Below are positions 27,178-38,213 of a stretch of 64,000 nucleotides of DNA, piece after piece. The notes beneath the pieces were generated by a model. It was given only the letters and a program-made list of their open reading frames with translations, made no database searches and was not told the DNA's origin. The stretch is from an uncultured Acidobacteriota bacterium (GTDB taxonomy: Bacteria > Acidobacteriota > Thermoanaerobaculia > UBA5066 > Gp7-AA6): positions 1,165,813-1,229,812 of the forward strand of contig CAWFHK010000001.1 in the NCBI GenBank assembly GCA_963815655.1, read 5' to 3'. The translations under genes and the position numbers were made by a program. Numbering within the stretch: position 1 is the first letter of the stretch; each line of letters starts with the position of its first letter.

Positions 27178-27882
27178 ATGATTCCGATCCGCGACACGAT
27201 CCCCCGCCAGCACTTTCCCTTCGCCGTCCTGGCGTTGATCGCCGCCAACGTCGTCGTCTTCCTCTACGAGCTCGAGGTCCCCCCGGACCTGACGGAGCAG
27301 TTCATCTATCTCTTCGGGCTCGTGCCCGCGAGGTTCACGGAGCCGGGCTGGGCCGCGAGCGTCGGCCTGCCGCACACCTACTGGCCCTTCTTCACGACGA
27401 TGTTCCTGCACGGCGGGTGGCTCCACATCATCGGCAACATGTGGTTCCTCTGGATCTTCGGGGACAACGTGGAGGACCGGATGGGTCCGCTGCGATTCCT
27501 CGTCTTCTATCTGCTGTGCGGGCTCTCGGCCGGGCTGATCCATGTCGTGACCAACCCGGGCTCGACGGTCCCCGCCGTGGGCGCGTCGGGAGCGATCGCC
27601 GGCGTGATGGCGGCCTACATGGCCCTCTACCCCCGGGGGCGGATCATCGCGATGTTCCCGATTTTCTTCTACCCCGTCTTCTTCCAGTTGCCGGCCTTCC
27701 TCTACATCGGCTTCTGGTTCCTGATGCAGTTCTTCAGCGGGACGCTCGCGGTCGCGCATCGGGAAGTCAACGGGATCGCCTGGTGGGCGCACGTCGGCGG
27801 CTTCGGGGCGGGGATCCTCACGTTCTCCCTGTTCCTGCGCCCGCGCCGGCCCCCTCCGGCCGTCCCGATCGGCCTCGCGTGA
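27178..27882 (+). CDS. Rhomboid-family intramembrane serine protease.
   Basis: GASGAIAGVMAAY (GxSG), a downstream AHVGGFGAG His, and 6 TM helices. Confidence 0.85.
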   Translation: MIPIRDTIPRQHFPFAVLALIAANVVVFLYELEVPPDLTEQFIYLFGLVPARFTEPGWAASVGLPHTYWPFFTTMFLHGGWLHIIGNMWFLWIFGDNVEDRMGPLRFLVFYLLCGLSAGLIHVVTNPGSTVPAVGASGAIAGVMAAYMALYPRGRIIAMFPIFFYPVFFQLPAFLYIGFWFLMQFFSGTLAVAHREVNGIAWWAHVGGFGAGILTFSLFLRPRRPPPAVPIGLA

Positions 27883-29396
27883 CGCTCGCGGGACGTCCTC
27901 TTCTCCTCGCCGTTTCCTGGGCCATGTTCGCCGGAGGCGCCGTGCCCGCGGCGCCGGCGCCAACGCCGACGCCGGTTGTCCTGCGCTGGGGCGGGGACGC
28001 GGAAGGAGGCGCTCCCTTTGTCGAGGCCGACCCGACGGACCCGGCGAAGGTCCGCGGCTTCGACGTCGAGGTCGCCGAGGCGATCGCGCGCGGCCTCGGC
28101 CGCGAGCCGCGGTTCGTGCAGGTCGCCTTTTCGTCGATCGATGCCTCGGTCGCGCGCGGCGATTTCGACATCGGCATGAGCGGCGTCGAGGACACGCCGG
28201 CGCGGCGCGCGATGCTCGCGGAGACCGTGCCCTACTTCGAGTTCCGCGAGGTCCTGACGGTGCGGGCGGGCGATCGGGGCCGCTCTGCGCGGCTGGACGA
28301 CCTTCGCGGCAAGCGCGTGGGGACCCTCGCCGCGACGATCGCCTACGACATCCTCCTGGCGGGGCGCGCCCGGCACGGCTACGTCCCGGTCTCCTACGAC
28401 GACGACGTGCACCCGTACACGGACCTGGCGGAGGGAAGGCTCGACGCGGTCCTTCTCGACAACATCATCGCGGCGCGCTCGGTGAAAAGGGTCGCGGGCC
28501 TCGCCATCGAGCCCGAGGCCGTCGCGACGGGCCGCTACGTCGGCGTTCTCGCCAGGGGCAACGCGGCCTTGCGCGACAGGATCAACGGGATTCTCGAGGA
28601 CCGGATGCGCGACGGGACACTCGAGAGGATCTACAGGAAATGGGGGATCTGGGACGACTCCCAGGCGGAATTCTTCCGGACCGTTCGCGCGGGACGTCCT
28701 GCCGCGATGGCGGCGGTCGCGGCGCCGTCCGGTGGTTCCGCCCCGCCCTCGCCGTGGGACGCGGCGATCCGTTACATCCCGTCGCTTCTGCGGGCGGCTC
28801 TCATCACGCTGGCGCTCTCCTGCGCCGCGATGGCGCTCGCCGTCTTGCTGGGGATCGGCATCGCCGCGGGGCGCATCTACGGAGGGCTCTTCGTCCGAAG
28901 CGTCCTGACCGGGTACGTCGAGCTCGTGCGCGGCACGCCGGTGCTCCTCCAGCTCTTCGTCCTCTACTACGGCCTCTCCGCCGTCGTCCGGCTCCCCGCC
29001 TTCGCCGCGGCGCTCCTCGGCCTGGGATTGAACTACGCCGCCTACGAGAGCGAGATCTACCGGGGAGCCCTCGAGGCCGTTCCGCGCGTGCAGCTCGAAG
29101 CCGCGCGAACCCTCGGCCTGACCGAGTGGCTGATCCTGAGACTCGTCCGAGGCCCGCAGGCCTTCCGCCTGGCGCTCGCTCCGATGACCAACGACTTCGT
29201 GGCGCTGCTCAAGGACTCCTCCCTCGTCTCGGTCATCACGGTCGTGGAGCTGACCAAGCAGACCGCCATCTTCGCGACGAACATCGGGAGCTGGGTCGTG
29301 CCCGGCGCGCTGTGCGCCGCGATCTACCTGGCGATGTCCCTCCCCCTGTCGCGGCTGGCCCGGCGGCTCGAGCGCCGGTGGAGCGCGGCCTCGTGA
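27879..29396 (+). CDS. Fused periplasmic polar amino-acid-binding protein and ABC permease (HisM/GlnP-like).
   Basis: GTG start overlapping the rhomboid stop (GTGA). The N-terminal half is SBP family 3-like. The C-terminal half has the EAA-like loop AARTLGLTEWLILRLVRGPQA and TM helices. Confidence 0.75.
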   Translation: MTLAGRPLLLAVSWAMFAGGAVPAAPAPTPTPVVLRWGGDAEGGAPFVEADPTDPAKVRGFDVEVAEAIARGLGREPRFVQVAFSSIDASVARGDFDIGMSGVEDTPARRAMLAETVPYFEFREVLTVRAGDRGRSARLDDLRGKRVGTLAATIAYDILLAGRARHGYVPVSYDDDVHPYTDLAEGRLDAVLLDNIIAARSVKRVAGLAIEPEAVATGRYVGVLARGNAALRDRINGILEDRMRDGTLERIYRKWGIWDDSQAEFFRTVRAGRPAAMAAVAAPSGGSAPPSPWDAAIRYIPSLLRAALITLALSCAAMALAVLLGIGIAAGRIYGGLFVRSVLTGYVELVRGTPVLLQLFVLYYGLSAVVRLPAFAAALLGLGLNYAAYESEIYRGALEAVPRVQLEAARTLGLTEWLILRLVRGPQAFRLALAPMTNDFVALLKDSSLVSVITVVELTKQTAIFATNIGSWVVPGALCAAIYLAMSLPLSRLARRLERRWSAAS

Positions 29397-30151
29397 GCGG
29401 GCTGCTGCGGATCGAGGGGCTCCGGCTCTCGCGATCCGCGCGCGACGTGCTGCGCGGGGTCTCGCTCCGCGTCGAGCGGGGGGAGTTCTGCGCGCTCATG
29501 GGCCTCTCCGGGTCCGGCAAGACGACCGCGCTCCGGGCGACCGCCGCCCTCGAAAGCTTCCAGGCGGGGAGCATCGAGGTGGACGGATTCGCGCTGGCGC
29601 CGGGGCCCGTCCCTCCCGAGTCGCGGTTGCAGCCGCTGAGGCGAAGGGTCGGCATGGTCTTCCAGGCGCATGCCCTCTTCGAGCACCTGACCGCCGTGGA
29701 GAATGTCGTCCTGGCCCCGATCCGGGTTCTCGGCCACTCTCCCGGGGAAGCGGCGGAGCGCGCCCGCGTTCTTCTCGACTCTCTCGGCGTCGGAGGCCGC
29801 GCCGGCGCCTACCCGAGGGAGCTCTCCGGCGGAGAGGCCCAGCGCGTCGCGATCGCGCGCGCCCTCGCCATGGACCCTCCGCTCCTCCTGATGGACGAGC
29901 CGACCGCGGCGCTCGACCCGGCGCGGCGCGGCTCGCTCGGCGACGCGCTGAAGATGCTCGCCGGGCAGGGGCGCGGGCTCCTCGTCGCGACGCACGACAC
30001 CGACTTCGCGCGCGATTTCGCCGAGCGCGTCGTCATCCTCGCGGAAGGGGTCGTCGCGGAGGAAGGACCGCCGGCCATCCTGGAGAACCCGTCCCATCCC
30101 GCGACCCGGGCGCTCCTGGAACATCCCCGGAAGAGCCATCCCGCATTTTAG
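29393..30151 (+). CDS. ABC transporter ATP-binding protein (polar amino acid type).
   Basis: Walker A GLSGSGKTT, signature LSGGEAQRVAIARAL, Walker B LLLMDEPTAALD. GTG start overlapping the permease stop. Confidence 0.85.
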   Translation: MSGLLRIEGLRLSRSARDVLRGVSLRVERGEFCALMGLSGSGKTTALRATAALESFQAGSIEVDGFALAPGPVPPESRLQPLRRRVGMVFQAHALFEHLTAVENVVLAPIRVLGHSPGEAAERARVLLDSLGVGGRAGAYPRELSGGEAQRVAIARALAMDPPLLLMDEPTAALDPARRGSLGDALKMLAGQGRGLLVATHDTDFARDFAERVVILAEGVVAEEGPPAILENPSHPATRALLEHPRKSHPAF

Positions 30152-30229
30152 ATTTTCGATTTCGGATTTTCGATTCCGAAGGGTGCCTCAATCCAAACTC
30201 TAAAAATCCAAAATCTGAAATCCAAAATC
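30151..30229. repeat. GATTTTC/GATTTTG heptamer-repeat inverted pair filling a convergent gene gap.
   Basis: gattttcgatttcggattttcgattccgaagggtgcctcaatccaaactctaaaaatccaaaatctgaaatccaaaatc. Confidence 0.65.
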
Positions 30230-31373
30230 ACTTGCCCTTCGTGGCGAAGATCTCCCTCAGCCGGTCGATCGGGATCGCTTCGACGGTGTGGCCGTTCCCT
30301 GTCACCGTCGTGGCCTTGAGGAGGGAATTGTCGATCGCCTCCTCCACCGCCTCGACGGTCGCGAGAAACAGCGGGCCCATGAAATCGTTCTGCAGTTCCT
30401 CGACCTGCCTCGTCGGCCTCGCGGGAGCGTGCTCCTCCAGATTCTTCGTCGAAAACGCGATCACGAAGTCTCCCGAACCGTTGCCCATGTACGAGCCGGC
30501 CCGCGCGAGGCCGAGGACGGCGCGGCGCGCGACCCGGTCGAGGTTCCTGGCGGACAGCGGGGCGTCCGTCGCGATCACGACCATGCAAGACCCGTCGCCC
30601 GGCGGCATCTTCGCGAGGTCATCCTTGAAATCGAAGCGCCCCAGAAGCTCGCCGACCCTCGCGCCGTCGATCGTCAGGATCCCGCCGAAGTTGGACTGGA
30701 CGAGCGCGCCGACCGTGTAGCCGCCGAGCCTCCCCGGCAGAACGCGCGAAGAGGTGCCGATGCCCCCCTTCCATCCGAGCGCGCTCGTGCCGGTCCCCGC
30801 CCCGACGCTCCCCTCGAGGACGGCGCCCGGCGGAGCGGCCAGCGCGGCCTCGATCGCCGCCACGACGTCCTTGCCGGCGACCCGGCGCGCTCGGATGTCG
30901 TTCAGGTAGCCGTCGTTCGTCTCGCCGACGACCGCGTTGACCGATCGGACCTGCTCATTGCCGGGTTGGGCGAGCGTCCATCCCACGACGGCGTCCAAGG
31001 CCGCCCCGACCGCGAGCGTGTTGGTCAGGACGATCGGCGTTTCGAGGTTGCCGAGCTCCCGCACCTGGAGGAAGCCCGCCGCCTTCCCGAAACCGTTTCC
31101 GACGAACACCGCCGCCGGGACCTTCTTCTGGAAGAGGTTCCCGCCATGCGGCAGGATCGCTGTGACGCCCGTCCGGATCGACTCCCCTTCCACGATGGTC
31201 CTGTGCCCCACCCGCACGCCCTCGACGTCCGTGATCGCATTCCACTTCCCGGTCGCCAGCACTCCCGGCTTGACCCCCAGCTCCCGGATCCGCGGCCGCT
31301 CTTCTGCAAGCGCGAGCGAAGCGACGACAAGAAGCGACGCGACCGCCAGAGAACCTCGAAGCTCGATGCGCAT
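30228..31373 (-). CDS. Secreted S58 (DmpA / L-aminopeptidase, P1) family peptidase.
   Basis: Signal peptide. DmpA/OAT-like character (GSVGAGTGTSALGWKGGIGTSS autoproteolytic region). Confidence 0.7.
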   Translation of the reverse strand: MRIELRGSLAVASLLVVASLALAEERPRIRELGVKPGVLATGKWNAITDVEGVRVGHRTIVEGESIRTGVTAILPHGGNLFQKKVPAAVFVGNGFGKAAGFLQVRELGNLETPIVLTNTLAVGAALDAVVGWTLAQPGNEQVRSVNAVVGETNDGYLNDIRARRVAGKDVVAAIEAALAAPPGAVLEGSVGAGTGTSALGWKGGIGTSSRVLPGRLGGYTVGALVQSNFGGILTIDGARVGELLGRFDFKDDLAKMPPGDGSCMVVIATDAPLSARNLDRVARRAVLGLARAGSYMGNGSGDFVIAFSTKNLEEHAPARPTRQVEELQNDFMGPLFLATVEAVEEAIDNSLLKATTVTGNGHTVEAIPIDRLREIFATKGK

Positions 31374-31401
31374 CTCCCAGTCCCCCAGTCCCCCCAGTCT
31401 C
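31373..31401. repeat. CCCAGTC-type short tandem repeat.
   Basis: catctcccagtcccccagtccccccagtc lies between the S58 start and the S9 stop. A related copy is at 56951-56993. Confidence 0.5.
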
Positions 31402-31403
31402 AA

Positions 31404-33440
31404 CTAGTGCCCCGCCTCCTCGTACCCGATCTCGTAAGGCGGCGGCTCCCCTCCCGGCCCCTTCAGGTAATGCTCCATCCAGCGGATCGCCCTCAGGTTG
31501 TAGTCGAGGCGGTGCGCCGCGAAACGGTTGCCGTGCCCTTCGCCGGGATAGAGCACCAGGCGCACGGGAGCCTTCCCCTCCTGCTTCAGGTAACGGTAGA
31601 GGACGAGCGACTGGCTCGGATGGACGCGCGGGTCTTCCTTGCCGTCCAGGATCAGCAGGGGCGTGCGGGACCTGTCGGCATAGGTGATCGGGCTGCGCTC
31701 GAGCATGAGCTTCCAGTCTTCCCAGGGCCAGCGGAGCGCGTGAACGAGGAACTCCTCCATCGGGATGTCGGTCGTGCCCGCCTTACTGACGAGGTCGCTG
31801 ATGCCGACGAACATCACTCCCGCGGCGAAACGGTCGGAGTAGCGCGTCGAGCACCAGGCCGTCGCGTACCCGCCATAGGAGCCGCCGGTGACGCCGACCT
31901 TCGCGCGGTCCGCGACGCCGGCCGCCACGAGATGATCCACGGCGTCCACGAGGTCGTCGAACTCCTTGCCGGCCGGGTCCCCCTGCCCCATCTTCGAGAA
32001 CGCGACGCCGCGCCCGGTCGAGCCGCGGTAGTTGGGATAGAAGACCGCGAAACCGCGCGCCGCCGCGACCTGGCCCGGCTCCGAGTAGCTCGTCAGCCAG
32101 CCGTTGCGGTAGTGGCCCTCCGGCCCGCCGTGCACGGCCAGGATCAACGGGGCGCGCTCCCCCTTCTTCGCGTCCAGCGGGTGAATCAGGAGCCCCTCGA
32201 GGGCGAGTCCGTCGCGCGCCTTGAACTTCACGACTTCCTGCGCCGCCAGGCGCATGGCGGAGAGCCAGGGGTTGCTCGTCGTCAGGCGCCGCGGCGCGCG
32301 CTCGGACAGCGCCCACATGAAGACCTCGGAGGGATGCGCCGGGGTCTGCGCGGCCATCGCGACGACTTTTCCGTCGCGGGAGAGATCGAAGGCCCCGAGC
32401 GCGACGCTCATGGCGCGCTTGCTCGCGCGGCCCGGGTGGTCCATCGAGACCTCGCCCAGGACCGTCTCGACGCCTTCGTCGCCGTGGAAGAGGAGCGTTC
32501 CGGCGTCGCGCCAGGCGGCCTGAGCGACATGGCCTTCGTAGCCGGGAAGCAGATCCCGCGGCGTGCCTCCCCCCGACGGCGCGACCATCAGCCGGCCCGC
32601 GGAGGGATCGTTCTTGTCCGCGCCGGCGATGTACGCCAGGTTCTTCCCGTCCGGGCTCCACGCGATCCGGCCGAGCTTGCCCGGGTTCTCGATCCGCGCG
32701 ACGAGCTTGCCGGAGTCCGGGTCCACGATCGCGATCCGGCGGTTCATGTAGCCGTCGTCCACGAGCGACGTCGGCGCGAGCGCCACGGCCAGGAGGTTTC
32801 CAGCGGGACTCCAATGCAGCTCCGAGGCCGAGCCCGGGACCTCGAGCGCAACGGGCTTCGCGCCGCCCGGCTCGAGGCTTCCCACCCAGATCCGGACTGG
32901 CCGCGCGCTCTCCTCGTACACCTGCTGGTTGAAGCCCTCCTTCTCCAGCTCCCTCTGTTTCCGCGTCGGCGCGTCGCTCGCGAGGAAGGCGAGGCGCTTC
33001 CCGTCGGGCGAAAAACTGGAGGAGGTGATGTCGGAGTCGTGGCAGAGGATCCGCCGCGCCTCGCCGCCGTCGGCCGGGATGGCGTAGAGGCAGCGGTGCT
33101 CGTCCTTCCCGCGCCTGGCGAGGAACGTGATCTCCCTCCCGTCCTTCGACCAGGCGACGCCGGACACGTCGACCGCCCCGGTGACGAAGGGGCGCGACGT
33201 CCCGTCCCGTTCGACGACGTGCAGCTCCGCCCGGGCGGGGCCGTCCTCCTCGTCGAAGGGGCGCCGCGGCACCGAGAGCGTGTAGGCGACCCGCGAGCCG
33301 TCCGGCGAGGCGGCGACGGCCGCCACGCTTCGGATCCTCGCGACGTCGAAGGGCGTCAGCGTGTCCGACGCTGCGAGCGGCCACGCGGCCAGGGAGAGAA
33401 GCAGCGTGAAACGGACGAGGCGCAACCAGGAGAGGTGCAT
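31404..33440 (-). CDS. Secreted S9 family prolyl oligopeptidase / acylaminoacyl-peptidase with an N-terminal beta-propeller.
   Basis: Signal peptide MHLSWLRLVRFTLLLSLAAW. Catalytic GGSYGGY (GxSxG), and D/H further C-terminal. WD-like propeller repeats. Confidence 0.8.
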   Translation of the reverse strand: MHLSWLRLVRFTLLLSLAAWPLAASDTLTPFDVARIRSVAAVAASPDGSRVAYTLSVPRRPFDEEDGPARAELHVVERDGTSRPFVTGAVDVSGVAWSKDGREITFLARRGKDEHRCLYAIPADGGEARRILCHDSDITSSSFSPDGKRLAFLASDAPTRKQRELEKEGFNQQVYEESARPVRIWVGSLEPGGAKPVALEVPGSASELHWSPAGNLLAVALAPTSLVDDGYMNRRIAIVDPDSGKLVARIENPGKLGRIAWSPDGKNLAYIAGADKNDPSAGRLMVAPSGGGTPRDLLPGYEGHVAQAAWRDAGTLLFHGDEGVETVLGEVSMDHPGRASKRAMSVALGAFDLSRDGKVVAMAAQTPAHPSEVFMWALSERAPRRLTTSNPWLSAMRLAAQEVVKFKARDGLALEGLLIHPLDAKKGERAPLILAVHGGPEGHYRNGWLTSYSEPGQVAAARGFAVFYPNYRGSTGRGVAFSKMGQGDPAGKEFDDLVDAVDHLVAAGVADRAKVGVTGGSYGGYATAWCSTRYSDRFAAGVMFVGISDLVSKAGTTDIPMEEFLVHALRWPWEDWKLMLERSPITYADRSRTPLLILDGKEDPRVHPSQSLVLYRYLKQEGKAPVRLVLYPGEGHGNRFAAHRLDYNLRAIRWMEHYLKGPGGEPPPYEIGYEEAGH

Positions 33441-33696
33441 GTCGAGTCCTCCGGAGAAATGTTCGCCTATTCTTTCATGCGGTTCCCGGGAAGGACCGCC
33501 TCCCCTCCCGTCTCGGGAGCGATCCGAGTCCGGGCAAAGCCGGAGGAGCCTCAGGGCTTCTCCTCCGGCGAACCGGCGCCGATCGCGTCCCACCACTCGC
33601 AGCCCTGCGGCTCATCCTGTGTCTCTGACGTCTTCCCGCCGAACACGAAACGGACTCCCGTCCGCTGAAAGCGGGGCTATCCTTCCCAGCTGTCCC

Positions 33697-34544
<848 letters not shown>

Positions 34545-34545
<1 letters not shown>

Positions 34546-35363
34546 TGGCAAGGACCCGCGGAGACAGACACGCGACGGGCGCCTGGGCTCGCAGGGCAAT
34601 CCTGGCGAGCCTCTGCGCGATCGCGGCCGCGTGCGCGACCTCGGAAGCGGACTCCTTCGCGCGGATGGACGCCCGGGGGCGCAATCTCATCGACCGGCAG
34701 CGGTGGGAGGAGGCCCTGGCCGTCTCGCAGGCCGCCCTCGCGAAGTGCGACCAGACGGAATCCTGCCGCAAGGACCCGCGGTACCAGGGTTCGTTCCACA
34801 ACACGATCGGGGAGGCGGAGGAGCACCTGGGCCGGCGCGCCGAGGCGATGCAGAGCTACCGCGCCGCCTTCTACTCCTACCCGCTCTACTTCACCGAGAA
34901 CTACTTCCGGATGCTCCGGGACGCCGGGATGTACCGGCAGCTCCGCCGCGAGATCGACGTCAAGCTCGCGAGCAACGACGACGCCTACCGCAGCGCGACC
35001 GCGCTCTGGCTTCCCAACGAGTCCTCCGCCTGCGGCGGACGATGGGTCCCCGGCAACTACGGCTGGCTTCTCCGACCGAAATCCGGCGGCGTCCTCTCCG
35101 GAAGAGTGGTCGTGTCGCAGTCGGGATGCGTGGTGACCGCCGACTTCGTGCCGCCGGAAGGACACCCCACCGCAAGCCCGCTGCGCCTGCGCGCGGACGT
35201 CGGCACCGGGGTCGCCATTCTCCAGTACGGCCTGCCGTGCATGACCTCCGACCGCGGGAAGCTCGTCCTGGACAAGAACGGCTTTTCCATCAGTCCCGAC
35301 CGGACGGCCGCGATCGCCGGCTGTCCCCAGGTGCCCTACGCGATCCAGTTCGTGAGGGACTGA
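34545..35363 (+). CDS. Putative lipoprotein, function unknown.
   Basis: Signal + lipobox-like LASLCAIAAAC. Cys-rich. No family recognised. Confidence 0.5.
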
Positions 35364-35482
35364 GCCGAGAGGCCGTACCCGAGGCCTCGCCTCCGGATGT
35401 TAGAATGCCCCCTTCGGAACGGAACCCGGATCTGTCAAACCGTGGGACAAGATGAGATGAAAAGAGCGAAAAAAAGGGCCGC

Positions 35483-38119
35483 ATGAGAAGAGGTCTGCCT
35501 TTCGCGCTGCTCCTCCTTCTCCCCGCGGTCCTGGCGGCGCAGAGCGTTACGGTCGACACCGGCGGAATCGTGGGGATCACCGGAGTCCCGCCGATCTACA
35601 GCGGACCCTACGTTCTGCAACAGACGGAGTTCGGGTTCTTCTGGCTCGACAGCGCCGCGCTCGCGGGCGGGCACATCCAGGCCGTTTCCAAGTGCTCCGG
35701 CGGCCTTCCCCCCTCCGACACCGGATACTACGTCCTGGCCGACTGCAATACGATCACGAACATCTCGGCATCGGGCAGCCACGCGCTGGTTCGAATGGTC
35801 TCGGGGCAGTGCATCGCCCAGAGCTACGGCTGCGGGGGACTCCGGGACGACGGCCACTCGCGGTTCACTTTCGGCCTCGGGACCTGGGAGTACGAGGGCG
35901 ACCTCGGCGAGATCCCCGATTCGACGCAGACGACCGACCCGCTGGGCAGGACATGGAGCATCCAGCCGACCGACTCCACCCTGCGCCATTTCGTCTGGCA
36001 ATCGAGCGGCATCCCGAGCTCGCCCCCGTTTGCCGACGCCCTCGGCACGAACCTCTCGGCCGGCGCGCGCGGTGACGGCGCCAATTACTACGGTGACCGC
36101 TGGCAGCTCAAGGACATTTCCTCGGGCGCGACATCGGTCTTCTGGGATTTCAACTATGTGAGCTCCTTCGCCGCGGACGAAACCGGGACCAAGGCCGAGG
36201 AGGGAACGGTGACCGGTTACTTCCCCTGCGACCCCAACGGCGTCGTGGCCGGGAACATCCGCTCGGGAGCGAACTGCCGCCAGAGCCTCGGACTGGCCAG
36301 TCCGCCCGCCTCCGGGAGCTACCGTTTCGCGCTCCGGAGCGCGAACTCTTTCGGCACGAGCACGAACACCTACATCTCCGCCGCTCTCCCGGTCTCCTGC
36401 CCGCAGGCCGCGATCGCGGGGTACTCGGGCTTCGCCGGAACCTGCTCGAAGGCCGGCGGCACGCTGACCCTCCCCACGGGAGCCAACGCGGACGCCAGCG
36501 GTTCGAAGGGGAACGTCTCCGAGGCGTCGTTCGGCTGGTCGTTCAACCTTCCCTCCGGGCCGCCGGCGAACACGTCGGGGGTGATCGTCCCGGTGCCCAA
36601 CGGCGCCGTCGGATTCACGCTGGTGATCACGTTCCCCGGCGGCTATCAGGCGACCGCCTCGGGAGCCGTCTCGCTCACTTCGAGTCTCGTCGCGGCCTTT
36701 TCGACGCCGAACCCCGTCGTCCGGTCGAGCCCGTTCCTCGTGTCCAACGAGATGGTGAAAGCGCCGACGACGACGCTCGGTTCGGTCGACTCCCTGATCG
36801 TTCCCGGAGCATGCGGAGCGCCGCCGGCGGTGCCGCCCAACCCTCTGGCGGCTTCCTTCCTGGCGGCCGGGGGCCTCGCCTCCGTGACGGCCCCGAGCCT
36901 GGCGGGCAGTTATTGCATCTCCCTCAAGTACAACTACACCGAGGGCGGCGCTCCCGCCTCGCAGACCGTCTCGCATCCGCTGACCGTGATCGACTGGATC
37001 GCGAACCCGTCCATCGGCGTCTACCTCGACGCCTCCCGGACGCAGGCGGCGGCTTTCTTCGCCGGGACCTACTACCTGTCGGCGGGAACGACGTACTACC
37101 TCTTCGATGAAGAACCGGCGCCGCCGCCGGGCACGCCCTTCCCCGGCGCGCAATGGTCCCTCGGCTCCCCCTCCGGAGACACGACGCTCGGAAGCACGGC
37201 GACGCAGGTCCTGGGCCCCATGCATTTCTCGCTGGGGTGCTCTACCGGCTGCTTGTTGAAGCTCGCCGTCGGCGCCGCGACACGGCAGGTCGCGGTCAAT
37301 GTCGCGACCTGCACGCCGAGCGCGACGACGCTCTGCTTGAACGGCGGGCGCTTCAACGTCGGCGTGACCTGGATGACGTCGGACGGCAGCTCGGGAGCGG
37401 GCCGCGCGGTCGCCGTGACGGGCGACACCGGCTACTTCTGGTTCTTCACCTCCGGCAATGTCGAGATGATCGTGAAGGTCGTGGACGGCCGCGCGGTCAA
37501 CTCGCGTTTCTGGGTCTTCGCCGGGGGACTGACGGACGTGGATGTCGCGATGACGGTCCTGGACGCCCAGACCGGACTCTCCAAGACCTACCACAACCCT
37601 CAGGGCCACCCGTTCCAGCCGATTCAGGACACGGGCACGTTCCTCGCGTCCGCCGTCTTCGATCCAGGGGCAGAGGCGGCGAATCTCCCCTCAGCCGCCG
37701 CGCGGCCGGCGCAGTCCGAACACCCGGGACCGGGGCTCCCACTCGCCCGTCCCTCCGCGGTTGACGCCCCCTGCGTCGTCAACGCGACGACGCTCTGCTT
37801 GAACAGCGGCCGTTTCAAGGTGCAGACCCAATGGACGACAGCGGCGGGCGCCACGGGCTCGGGCCAGGCCGCTTCCCTGACGGGCGATACCGGCTACTTC
37901 TGGTTCTTCAGCCCCAACAACGTGGAGATGGTCATCAAGGTCGTCAACGGATGCGCCGTGAACGCCAGCTACTGGACCTTCGCCGGCGGGCTGACCGACG
38001 TCCGCGTCGTCACGTCCGTCACCGATACCCAGACCGGCGCGACGACGACCTACACCAATCCACTCGGCACCGCTTTCCAGCCCATCCAGGACACTTCCGC
38101 CTTCCCGTCCTGCCCCTAA
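35483..38119 (+). CDS. Large secreted protein ending in two tandem ~115-aa repeats of an unrecognised domain.
   Basis: Signal peptide MRRGLPFALLLLLPAVLAAQS. The repeats are LCLNGGRFNV...DTGYFWFF...VEMIVKVVDG...GLTDV...QPIQDTGTF and LCLNSGRFKV...DTGYFWFF...VEMVIKVVNG...GLTDV...QPIQDTSAF. Confidence 0.7.
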   Translation: MRRGLPFALLLLLPAVLAAQSVTVDTGGIVGITGVPPIYSGPYVLQQTEFGFFWLDSAALAGGHIQAVSKCSGGLPPSDTGYYVLADCNTITNISASGSHALVRMVSGQCIAQSYGCGGLRDDGHSRFTFGLGTWEYEGDLGEIPDSTQTTDPLGRTWSIQPTDSTLRHFVWQSSGIPSSPPFADALGTNLSAGARGDGANYYGDRWQLKDISSGATSVFWDFNYVSSFAADETGTKAEEGTVTGYFPCDPNGVVAGNIRSGANCRQSLGLASPPASGSYRFALRSANSFGTSTNTYISAALPVSCPQAAIAGYSGFAGTCSKAGGTLTLPTGANADASGSKGNVSEASFGWSFNLPSGPPANTSGVIVPVPNGAVGFTLVITFPGGYQATASGAVSLTSSLVAAFSTPNPVVRSSPFLVSNEMVKAPTTTLGSVDSLIVPGACGAPPAVPPNPLAASFLAAGGLASVTAPSLAGSYCISLKYNYTEGGAPASQTVSHPLTVIDWIANPSIGVYLDASRTQAAAFFAGTYYLSAGTTYYLFDEEPAPPPGTPFPGAQWSLGSPSGDTTLGSTATQVLGPMHFSLGCSTGCLLKLAVGAATRQVAVNVATCTPSATTLCLNGGRFNVGVTWMTSDGSSGAGRAVAVTGDTGYFWFFTSGNVEMIVKVVDGRAVNSRFWVFAGGLTDVDVAMTVLDAQTGLSKTYHNPQGHPFQPIQDTGTFLASAVFDPGAEAANLPSAAARPAQSEHPGPGLPLARPSAVDAPCVVNATTLCLNSGRFKVQTQWTTAAGATGSGQAASLTGDTGYFWFFSPNNVEMVIKVVNGCAVNASYWTFAGGLTDVRVVTSVTDTQTGATTTYTNPLGTAFQPIQDTSAFPSCP

Positions 38120-38213
38120 CCCGGGGGTTCGTGGTCCCGAGACTCCTCCGGTCAGAGGCGTCGAGCTCTTTCGCCGACGTCCGACGGCAACGCCGCGGAC
38201 ATCAACCCCTCGT

